Shown here: piece after piece, positions 33,007 to 40,562 of the stretch
Numbering within the stretch: position 1 is the first letter of the stretch
How the letters are laid out: each line of letters starts with the position of its first letter
Assembly: GCA_902784425.1 (NCBI GenBank)
Contig: CACZUS010000009.1
Span: forward strand, 4,494 to 68,493
Direction of reading: 5' to 3'
Length of the DNA: 64,000 bases
From: an uncultured Bacteroidales bacterium
GTDB taxonomy: Bacteria > Bacteroidota > Bacteroidia > Bacteroidales > Paludibacteraceae
Made by a program: the position numbers and the translations under genes
The notes under the pieces: model-generated
The model's database searches: none
Told to the model about the DNA's origin: nothing
The model's input: only the letters and a program-made list of their open reading frames with translations

Positions 33007-33044
33007 AAGAGGATGCGTCGATGACGGCACATCCTCTTTTGTTG
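33007..33044. terminator. Bidirectional terminator between convergent genes
   Basis: Stem aaagaggatg / catcctcttt, T-rich on both flanks when read on either strand. Confidence 0.6.
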
Positions 33045-34004
33045 TTATTTGGACATAGAAAAATTATATCCACCAAATCTAAGAATACCTTCATACAATC
33101 TTTTCGTATACAGATATCCTGAAAGGCCAGAACTATACATACAACGCTGAACAATCTTGTCATCTCCATTAAAGTACAAATCGATATTCTTTTGCATTTT
33201 CCCTGAGAGAGTATCAAAATTGCTAAACGGTATGGTAAATTGGAAGTTCTCACCTGTCAATTTGAAATGATCTTCATCGACGACCTCCACACAATCCTTA
33301 TACTCACCTTTCTTCACATATTCATTCACCACACTATCGTATGGTTTGTTCACATCAACCTTCTCCCAATATGACAACACACCGTCGCGACAGAAAAAGA
33401 ACGAAGTCAGATTGCAATGACCTGCATTATCTGCCACCGAAATAAACGGATAATTCATCAGCAGGAAAGAAAATTTATCATTTCCATTGTATCCTTCAAT
33501 CGGATATGATCGCGTCGGTAGTATTCGAGACAAGGCGCCGCATCTTTTCTTTTTCCTTCTGTACGTAAAGACCACAGTCTCTTCATCAGGATTCTCAGCC
33601 GTCAGAATAGCAAAACATATTATGTTCTTTGCTCGTTCTCCACCTAACACTTTAGGGATGCCAAGATTAGTTTTTTCCTCGGAGACTTTCTGAATGCTTT
33701 GTCCAATTCTGAACTTATCCAGAAGAGGCTTAGCAAGGTTAAGTTCCTCATCAGAAACGTGAATCAGGTTCTCCCAACCATCGAATCCAGCCATCCTCGA
33801 CATAAGGTGCTGGGCATTCATTAGCGTGAAGGAGAAATTAGGCTCCTGATCAGGATACTCAAAAGAACGGAAAGCAGCAGCTATATCGTAGTACTTAGGT
33901 TGATAAGCATACAATTTTTCCTCCTCGTTATAATAACGAGTTTTGTAGTCTTTTAAAAGTAATTTGGATTGTGATTTAAAAAAATCTATAGATGGAATTG
34001 CCAT
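33045..34004 (-). CDS. Hypothetical two-domain cytoplasmic protein
   Basis: 319-aa ORF with no signal peptide. The N-terminal ~100 aa (SIDFFKSQSKLLLKDY...NAQHLMSRMAGFDGWENL) and a C-terminal region (FAILTAENPDEE...EGYNGNDKFSFLLMN) only loosely recall small domains of unknown function. Confidence 0.65.
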   Translation of the reverse strand: MAIPSIDFFKSQSKLLLKDYKTRYYNEEEKLYAYQPKYYDIAAAFRSFEYPDQEPNFSFTLMNAQHLMSRMAGFDGWENLIHVSDEELNLAKPLLDKFRIGQSIQKVSEEKTNLGIPKVLGGERAKNIICFAILTAENPDEETVVFTYRRKKKRCGALSRILPTRSYPIEGYNGNDKFSFLLMNYPFISVADNAGHCNLTSFFFCRDGVLSYWEKVDVNKPYDSVVNEYVKKGEYKDCVEVVDEDHFKLTGENFQFTIPFSNFDTLSGKMQKNIDLYFNGDDKIVQRCMYSSGLSGYLYTKRLYEGILRFGGYNFSMSK

Positions 34005-34196
34005 AAATTTAACTCATTTGCGCATTAAAGTCTTTATCGGATTGTACGGACCAGTAAGTTTGTTGACAAAAACCTTAACACTGAATTAAACTTATGTTAA
34101 TGATATGGTATGATGAAATCTTTGCACTGGTCGGCTTGCATTACCACGATGCGAATGCAAATATATAAATAAAATGTTACGTGACAAAATTTCCCA

Positions 34197-34784
34197 TCAA
34201 AACGAAACGATATGCGTACCCCTATATTGTTTTTTTATCGCTTCATACTGTCTCTTTGTCTCCTCCCAATCTGACAAACAGAGTGCATATACATAATAGA
34301 TGCCATTTTCCTCATAATAGCCCGCATAAGGATAGCCATCCATCTCCAGCACTTTTATGAAATGATTCACCCTTGACATACTATTAAACTCACCGCAGAC
34401 AAGATAATATTCTTTCTTGTATTTATCCGTCTCTACTGATGTTCCACATTTACGAATGATATACTGCAACGCATCGTCCAATGTAATTTGTACAGAACCG
34501 GTATCCGTCTGCATAAAGGGATGAACCAGCTGATTATTCAAAAGGATGACAGGCATAGTAAACTCATTAGCATTACATCCCTTCGATTGAAGGAGTGCAA
34601 GCATGGATGTTTCATTTTTCTTATCGGAGACAGGCAATTCTAAGTAAGGTATCCGCTCTTCCTTCAACTGCTTTTTAGCGTAGGCGCAGTTACCACACCC
34701 CTCCATGGTGTAGAGTTTCAGCTCCTGTGCGAAGAGATTCGTCATCCACAGGAAGGTCAAGCTTATGATTACCCATCTTTTCAT
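34197..34784 (-). CDS. Secreted glutaredoxin/thioredoxin-fold (CGNC) protein with SPOR-like C-terminal domain
   Basis: I prefer the start MKRWVIISLTFLWMTNLFAQ (ATG at 34784), because the track start 34808 lies inside a terminator hairpin. LKLYTMEGCGNCAYAKKQL is a CxxC glutaredoxin-like motif. The C-terminal YYLVCGEF...YYVYALC is SPOR-like. Confidence 0.65.
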   Translation of the reverse strand: MKRWVIISLTFLWMTNLFAQELKLYTMEGCGNCAYAKKQLKEERIPYLELPVSDKKNETSMLALLQSKGCNANEFTMPVILLNNQLVHPFMQTDTGSVQITLDDALQYIIRKCGTSVETDKYKKEYYLVCGEFNSMSRVNHFIKVLEMDGYPYAGYYEENGIYYVYALCLSDWEETKRQYEAIKKQYRGTHIVSF

Positions 34785-34787
34785 ACA

Positions 34788-34823
34788 TAAAACAAAAGGG
34801 CTGGACACCTATCCAGCCCTTTT
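34788..34823 (-). terminator. Rho-independent terminator of the 1655-aa gene
   Basis: Perfect 12-bp stem aaaagggctgga / tccagccctttt 13 nt after the stop at 34836, followed on the minus strand by GTTTTAT. Confidence 0.6.
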
Positions 34824-34835
34824 ATGTAAATTCAA

Positions 34836-37800
34836 TTATTTTACAATGACAACTCGATTCAAATTGCACTCTGGAGAAGAGAGAACGTACTCTCCTGAAT
34901 TCAAATTCTTCACATCAATTGAGACCTCCTCTTTAGCAGCCTTCACTGTCTTGACAATCGTACCATCCATACTGATTAGATAGATGACCTTGCCAACTAT
35001 TGAAGGAGAAACGACATGAACGATCTCTGTTGCTGGGTTCGGATAGACATAGACAAGAGTATTATCTTCCTCAAGCACCTTCGTAGTTGTAGAGAATCCT
35101 CTCAAATCAACCAACGAACGCAACGTAGCTGCATTCACCATTGTTGATTTTGCACGCAAACCTGATCTGGTTGCATTCTTATTACAGATAAGTGATAAGT
35201 TCAACACTACGAAGTCAGTCTCTGTACACGTTACACTCACACTATCATAAGTGATCATCTGACCGTTTTGATAAACCGTCCAATTGGTAATCAATACATT
35301 TTGCTCGTATGACAAGACTTTCACATTGACAGAATCAATCTTCTCTGTAAAGTCAATCTCACAACCGCCAGTTTCCACTACACCGATTGACTTCACCGAA
35401 TCCACATTCACCTCCTCGTTATTAACTGTCAATGTAGCATCTGTGTAGGTTGAGATTGGATTTGCATAGACGCAACTACCGTCTTCAACAGTTGCTTTCT
35501 CATTGTAGTTGGCAGCCTTCGGATCGGTACATCCTGAAACCACCACAACACTGTCTTCTTTCGCATACACGCAATCTCCATCAACAGAAGCCAATGGATT
35601 ATAGTTGGCAGCTTTGGCATCCTTACAACCGACGATTGTATCGCTCACTTTACGATACTCACATGTATTGTTGTCCATCTCTGCGTATGGATTATAGTTC
35701 AATGCGAAGGTATCAGTACATCCCCAAATAACCTCCTTAGGGTATTGACAGCTACCATCGTTATAAGTTGCCAAGGAATCGTAATTCAATGCACTCACGT
35801 CCGTACATCCACCCACTTCTCGAGCATATTCGCACAAACCGCTATTGTGGGTTGCCAAGGAGTCATAATTCAAAGCTTTTGGATCGGTACATCCGTAGAT
35901 AATAGTCTCGTAAATACAGCTATTGTCTCTCAACGTTGCCAATGAATCGTAGTTCAATGCAGCAGGGTCGGTACATCCGCAAATGAGATCCACATCGAAG
36001 CAGGCAGTAATTCTTGCTGACTTGTCTGCCACCATCTCAAACATATAAGTTGAATCATCAAATTGCTGGAATTGGTTGCCACCCGACACATTGACAGACG
36101 CCACATGGTAGCCTGCTGCCGGATGAACAAAGAACCATATCGTATCGTGCGCATTAGCAAGTGTATCACGACATTCAATGTAACCCTCTCCGCAAGTAAC
36201 ACTCTTGTAGATGCGCAGGTCTGTCGTCTGGGCAGCCTCTATCTTCACATCAGTAAACGGCATCTTGAAAGAGACGCTCCATGTATTGTTTCTTTCCCAT
36301 TCTATCTGAGTATCGTTCATTGCAAGCCATTCCTCATTCCAATATTTTTTAGAGACTCTCGGCGTAATGCCATTCTTATAGAGAACTTTCACTGTAGAAC
36401 CTGCCTCTGCCGAGATTGGATAATTATAGTCATTGAAGTAGTTTATGTAAGTTGAATCATAGACAATCTCATACACTGGGTTCTTCATGGTCAGAACGAT
36501 ATCCTCAGCCGGCATGAAGAAATCCACACTATCACCTATCATGAAGCTATCCAACATACGTCCGCTGTTATTACGGATGTACAATCTAGACTCATAATTT
36601 AGTCCATCGAAGATATCCATGAAATCGAGCTGTTCGCCTGCCTGCATTGAATCCAAGCCCTTATGGCTTCTTTGCCAGTAAGAATCAACTGTCACATTGC
36701 ATTTAGAGAAGGTGCTATCCACTGAAATGGAGTAGTATTCATAATATGGTTCCTCCATAGTGACATAGACTGATGTATCTGGCATAAAGAACCATACGGA
36801 ATCACAATATGAGCAGGTGTTTACCTTGATATTCTGACCTGATCGTGAGGTTACCTTCACCCATTTTTTAAATTCTGAGTCTGGGCCACCGAAACTTGTC
36901 AACGTGACACGTGTTCCAGATGTCACAGAGTCAATCCTGGTTTGTTTTCTAATATCATAAGAATCATTTGATGTGAGCCCCTCACCAACCAAGTAAACCC
37001 TTGCATACTCGTCCATCATCCTTGCACATGACGAATCAAGTACGATAGAATTATAATGGAATGGATTCTCCATGCTAATATAGATAGGTTCTGCTGGCAT
37101 AAAGAACCATACGGAATCACAATATTCAAGAGTGGTGGTCTGAACGTTCTGGCCCGATTGAGTAGTTACCTTCACCCATTTTTTCAGTTCTGAGCTTGGC
37201 GCGCCAAAACCTTCTAACACAACACGAGTATTCTCTTTGGCAAATGTAACCAACGAATCATTTCCATTGGTTGGACTGTAATAAGCGAATCTATATTCTT
37301 TATAGTTTCCATCATACACATACATTTGAGCATTTTCAGCCACATCTGCACAGGAGGATGTGAAATAGATTCCATGTTTTTGTTCTTCGAAGCAGGCGGT
37401 TATACTTGCGGTCTTATCTGGCACCATCTCAAACATATAGGTTGAATCATCAAATTGTTGGAATTGGTTGCCACCCGACACAAAGACATTCTTCACCTGA
37501 TAGCCTGCTGCTGGATGGACAAAGAACCAAACCGTATCGTGCGCATTAGCAAATGAATCACGACATTCAATGTAACCCTCTCCACAAGAAACATACTTAT
37601 AGATGCGCAGGTCTGTCGTTTGAGCAGCACCTATCTTCACATCATTAAACGGCATCTCGAAGGAGACGCTCCATGTATTGCCACTTTCCCATCCTATGCG
37701 AGTATCGTTCATTTTACTCCAATCTCCATTCCAATATTTTTCAGAGACTCTCGGCGTAATGCCATTCTTATAGAGAATCTTCACTGTAGAACCTGCCTCT

Positions 37801-39803
37801 GCCGAGATTGGATAACCATAGTCTGTGAAGTAGTCAATGTAAGTTGAATCATATACAATCTCATACACTGGATTCTTCATGGTCAGAACGATATCCTCAG
37901 CCGGCATGAAGAAATCCACGCTATCACCTATCATAAAGCTATCCAACATACGTCCGCTGTTATTACGAATGTACAATCTAGTGAAATAATTTAGTCCATC
38001 GAAGATATCCATGAAATCGAGCAGTTCGCCTGCCTGTATTGAATCCAATCCTTTATGGCTCCTTTGCCAGTAAGAATCAACTGTCACATTGCATTTAGAG
38101 AAGGTGCTATCCACTGAAATGGAATAGTATTCATAATATGGTTGCTCCATAGTGACATAGACTGATGTATCTGGCATAAAGAACCATACGGAATCACAAT
38201 ATGAGCAGGTGCTAACCTTGATATTCTGACCCGATTTTGTAGTTGCCTTCACCCAACTTTTCAATTCTGAGTTTGGATCACCGAAACCTACCAACGTGAC
38301 ACGCGTTCCAGATGAGACTCCTTCAATCGTGGTTTGGTTTCTAATATCATAAACATCATTTGTGAGACCTTCACCAACTAAGTAGACTCTTGCATATCCA
38401 TCCATCATTCTTGCGCATGATGAATCAAGCACGATAGAATTATAATTAAGTACATATGCAATGTCCACTAATGCATCAGCAAATGGCATTTGGAAAGTGA
38501 TGACAGAGTCCCTTATCGAGCTATTAACCACATACCAAATTCCACCATTTTTTCTCAATGCTGAAACTTTCGGTGTAATGCCCCTCCTAAACATCACACT
38601 CACAGTAGTACCTGCCTCTGCTGATGTCGGATAACCATAGCCAGTGAAGTAGTCAATGTAGGTTGAATCATATACAATCTCGTATGTAGGATTAACGACA
38701 GAAAGGACAATATCACTATCTGGCATAAAGAATCCAACACTGTCGCCCATTTTAAAGCTAGCAATCAGACCTCCATTTTTCTCACGGATTTTCAATGTTG
38801 ATTCATAATTTAATCCTTCAAACATACCCATGAAATCCAAGCCAGAACCTACTCTTATGGAGTCTAAGCCTTTACTATTTTGCAACCAATAAGGATTGGC
38901 AGAAACATTGCACTTCGTAAAGGTTGAGTCGGTCGTAATGGAACGATACGTTGGTATCTTTTCGAAACAAGCATTAATCCAAGCCGTATGATCTGGTATC
39001 ATCACAAATCGATAGGTGGTATCATCCAATTTCTCAAAATCCTTGGCTCCTGACACAAAAACATCCCGAGTAAAATAGCCTGGGTCTGGGTAGACATTGA
39101 ACCAAATGGTCTCTCCTGCGTCACCAGTCTTCTCGCTACGCACTTCTCCGCCTTCACACTCAATGTTTATAGCCACATCAAGATCTGTTGTCCGTGCCGT
39201 CCTGACGTTCACAGGACCAGAAGGCATTATAAAAGTGAAGATCGAATCAGTTATTGTATAGTCGTCTACGAAATAATTACCATAAGGATTACTCCAATAT
39301 GCGCATGGTGTTATTCCCTTCTTAAACATTACATTGACAGTGTCACCCACCTTTGCAGATGTAGGTCTCAGACGACCATCAAAGTAGTTTATGTAGGTTG
39401 AATCGTAGGTAATCTCATACGTCGGATAACGATCCACCAAAGAGAGATATACTAATTCTGATGGCATATAGAACCAAACGGAATCACAGAAATCGCAGGT
39501 CTCGACTTGAATCGACTGACCTGAGGCAGTCTCCACAGTCACATCCTGTTTCATCTCTTCATTAGGGAAAACACATATTGTCACACGAGCATTTTCTTTC
39601 ACAGAATCTATCCTCATGTCATTCAACTCCCCAAATCTGTAATAGTCCCTACCTCCTAAGAAGATCAAACCGTTCGGCATCTGTCTAACAATAGACGAAT
39701 CCAGAATCATGTTGTACGATGCAGCATTGGCATCAATAAAAAAAAGTGGTAATAAAAAGATTACCAGCCATCTCATTTTTCGTAAAATATCACTCATACG
39801 CAT
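34836..39803 (-). CDS. Giant repetitive cell-surface protein with T9SS type-A C-terminal sorting domain
   Basis: 1655 aa with a signal peptide. It has repeated modules (WVK.T..SGQN....T..YCDSVWFFMP; GDSV.FFMP..DIVL; ..GY....V.VSG...F...DD.TY.F.M), six GCTD..A.NY units, and the C-terminal VYVYPNPATEIVHV...GEYVL...VVIVK. Confidence 0.85.
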   Translation of the reverse strand: MRMSDILRKMRWLVIFLLPLFFIDANAASYNMILDSSIVRQMPNGLIFLGGRDYYRFGELNDMRIDSVKENARVTICVFPNEEMKQDVTVETASGQSIQVETCDFCDSVWFYMPSELVYLSLVDRYPTYEITYDSTYINYFDGRLRPTSAKVGDTVNVMFKKGITPCAYWSNPYGNYFVDDYTITDSIFTFIMPSGPVNVRTARTTDLDVAINIECEGGEVRSEKTGDAGETIWFNVYPDPGYFTRDVFVSGAKDFEKLDDTTYRFVMIPDHTAWINACFEKIPTYRSITTDSTFTKCNVSANPYWLQNSKGLDSIRVGSGLDFMGMFEGLNYESTLKIREKNGGLIASFKMGDSVGFFMPDSDIVLSVVNPTYEIVYDSTYIDYFTGYGYPTSAEAGTTVSVMFRRGITPKVSALRKNGGIWYVVNSSIRDSVITFQMPFADALVDIAYVLNYNSIVLDSSCARMMDGYARVYLVGEGLTNDVYDIRNQTTIEGVSSGTRVTLVGFGDPNSELKSWVKATTKSGQNIKVSTCSYCDSVWFFMPDTSVYVTMEQPYYEYYSISVDSTFSKCNVTVDSYWQRSHKGLDSIQAGELLDFMDIFDGLNYFTRLYIRNNSGRMLDSFMIGDSVDFFMPAEDIVLTMKNPVYEIVYDSTYIDYFTDYGYPISAEAGSTVKILYKNGITPRVSEKYWNGDWSKMNDTRIGWESGNTWSVSFEMPFNDVKIGAAQTTDLRIYKYVSCGEGYIECRDSFANAHDTVWFFVHPAAGYQVKNVFVSGGNQFQQFDDSTYMFEMVPDKTASITACFEEQKHGIYFTSSCADVAENAQMYVYDGNYKEYRFAYYSPTNGNDSLVTFAKENTRVVLEGFGAPSSELKKWVKVTTQSGQNVQTTTLEYCDSVWFFMPAEPIYISMENPFHYNSIVLDSSCARMMDEYARVYLVGEGLTSNDSYDIRKQTRIDSVTSGTRVTLTSFGGPDSEFKKWVKVTSRSGQNIKVNTCSYCDSVWFFMPDTSVYVTMEEPYYEYYSISVDSTFSKCNVTVDSYWQRSHKGLDSMQAGEQLDFMDIFDGLNYESRLYIRNNSGRMLDSFMIGDSVDFFMPAEDIVLTMKNPVYEIVYDSTYINYFNDYNYPISAEAGSTVKVLYKNGITPRVSKKYWNEEWLAMNDTQIEWERNNTWSVSFKMPFTDVKIEAAQTTDLRIYKSVTCGEGYIECRDTLANAHDTIWFFVHPAAGYHVASVNVSGGNQFQQFDDSTYMFEMVADKSARITACFDVDLICGCTDPAALNYDSLATLRDNSCIYETIIYGCTDPKALNYDSLATHNSGLCEYAREVGGCTDVSALNYDSLATYNDGSCQYPKEVIWGCTDTFALNYNPYAEMDNNTCEYRKVSDTIVGCKDAKAANYNPLASVDGDCVYAKEDSVVVVSGCTDPKAANYNEKATVEDGSCVYANPISTYTDATLTVNNEEVNVDSVKSIGVVETGGCEIDFTEKIDSVNVKVLSYEQNVLITNWTVYQNGQMITYDSVSVTCTETDFVVLNLSLICNKNATRSGLRAKSTMVNAATLRSLVDLRGFSTTTKVLEEDNTLVYVYPNPATEIVHVVSPSIVGKVIYLISMDGTIVKTVKAAKEEVSIDVKNLNSGEYVLSSPECNLNRVVIVK
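35463..35985 (-). repeat. Six tandem ~25-30-aa GCTDxxAxNY...C.Y mini-modules (coding)
   Basis: The six units are GCTDPAALNYDSLATLRDNSCIY, GCTDPKALNYDSLATHNSGLCEY, GCTDVSALNYDSLATYNDGSCQY, GCTDTFALNYNPYAEMDNNTCEY, GCKDAKAANYNPLASVDGDCVY and GCTDPKAANYNEKATVEDGSCVY. Confidence 0.85.
36001..37060 (-). repeat. Copy B of a ~1.06-kb intragenic duplication (offset 1392 bp from copy A)
   Basis: Long identical runs shared with 37393..38452, e.g. ttcttcatggtcagaacgatatcctcagccggcatgaagaaatccac at 36481 and 37873. The two encoded ~350-aa blocks start NSIVLDSSCARMMD and end ITACF. Confidence 0.85.
37393..38452 (-). repeat. Copy A of the ~1.06-kb intragenic duplication
   Basis: See copy B. The offset is in frame (1392 nt, 464 codons). 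The 332-bp spacer is itself related to the first third of the unit. Confidence 0.85.
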
Positions 39804-39869
39804 ATATGTTTAATAAACTAGTTGCAAATAATCAGAATCAACAAATGTATGTGTTCTATAAGTTCATCT

Positions 39870-39909
39870 AAATAAAACGACACGGAATGAATTAGATTCA
39901 TCACGTGTC
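39870..39909 (-). terminator. Candidate terminator downstream of tmRNA
   Basis: Hairpin gacacgga-atgaat-tag-attcat-cacgtgtc, followed on the minus strand by GTTTTATTT, about 70 nt after the tmRNA 3' end. Confidence 0.4.
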
Positions 39910-39976
39910 ATCAAATTTCATCACACACCTATCGATGTTCTAACAATAGACTCAGCTCTTTTTTTATCTGAATCCG

Positions 39977-40374
39977 TTGTGGAGATGCAGGGGTTCGAAC
40001 CCTGGTCCAAACGAGGAAATCATAAGCTTTCTACATGCTTATTCTTGACTTCATTTTCGTACGATAGCAAGACCAAGACCACCAACTACCGTCTTATCCT
40101 CTAAAATTTCATTCGGGCAGCGAGGCATACCCAAACTATTCCTGATTTTTCTGCGCCTCCGATTCCGACCGCCTCAGGACTTAGCATCGGGGAAACGTCT
40201 TGTCTGAACACCCGTGTCCAGATTAAGCTTCAATCTACTATTATTCGATTAAGCAGCAAGAGCATAGTTATTCTCGCCAGTTAAATTTTTGGTCTCCAAA
40301 GATTATAGTGCTAGCCACCAGCGCACTGCATGCTTACCTACCACTTCTGCCCGCTGTCAAATCCAGTCATCCCC
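39977..40374 (-). ncRNA. ssrA: tmRNA (transfer-messenger RNA)
   Basis: The minus strand begins GGGGATGACTGGATTTGACAGCGGG. The 3' end ...CAGGGTTCGAACCCCTGCATCTCCA forms the T-arm and an acceptor stem with G3:U. The tag ORF GGCGAGAATAACTATGCTCTTGCTGCTTAA, encoding GENNYALAA plus stop, is at 40278..40249. The terminal CCA is not fully encoded (the genome reads ACAA). Confidence 0.93.
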
Positions 40375-40422
40375 AAATCTGACCCGTTGCATGGGTATCG
40401 TTCAGTCGCTACTAAACTTCTG

Positions 40423-40430
40423 CAAAGTTA
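40423..40430 (-). promoter_or_regulatory. Candidate TAnnTTTG -7 box for ssrA
   Basis: Plus caaagtta is TAACTTTG on the minus strand, 49 nt upstream of the mature 5' end. This implies a processed leader. Confidence 0.35.
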
Positions 40431-40562
40431 TAACCATTCAGTCAAAATAGCAACTATTTTTCAAATTAAAAATTATTACTTCAAACAACTGATACAACAC
40501 GGCATATCACGACGAACATGGCACACCATATTGCAACAGACGCGGCACTCCACATTCCTACC

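Noticed and set aside
36063-37847. Two similar plus-strand ORFs (36063..36455 and 37620..37847) that look like a conserved small-protein pair
   Set aside because: Their similarity only reflects the 1392-bp-offset duplication in the minus-strand giant gene. They are antisense artefacts.
34005-39979. Possible tmRNA-targeted genomic island downstream of the ssrA 3' end
   Set aside because: No integrase or recombinase ORF is present, and I could find no second copy of the ssrA 3' end by eye. A proper search over a wider region is still needed.
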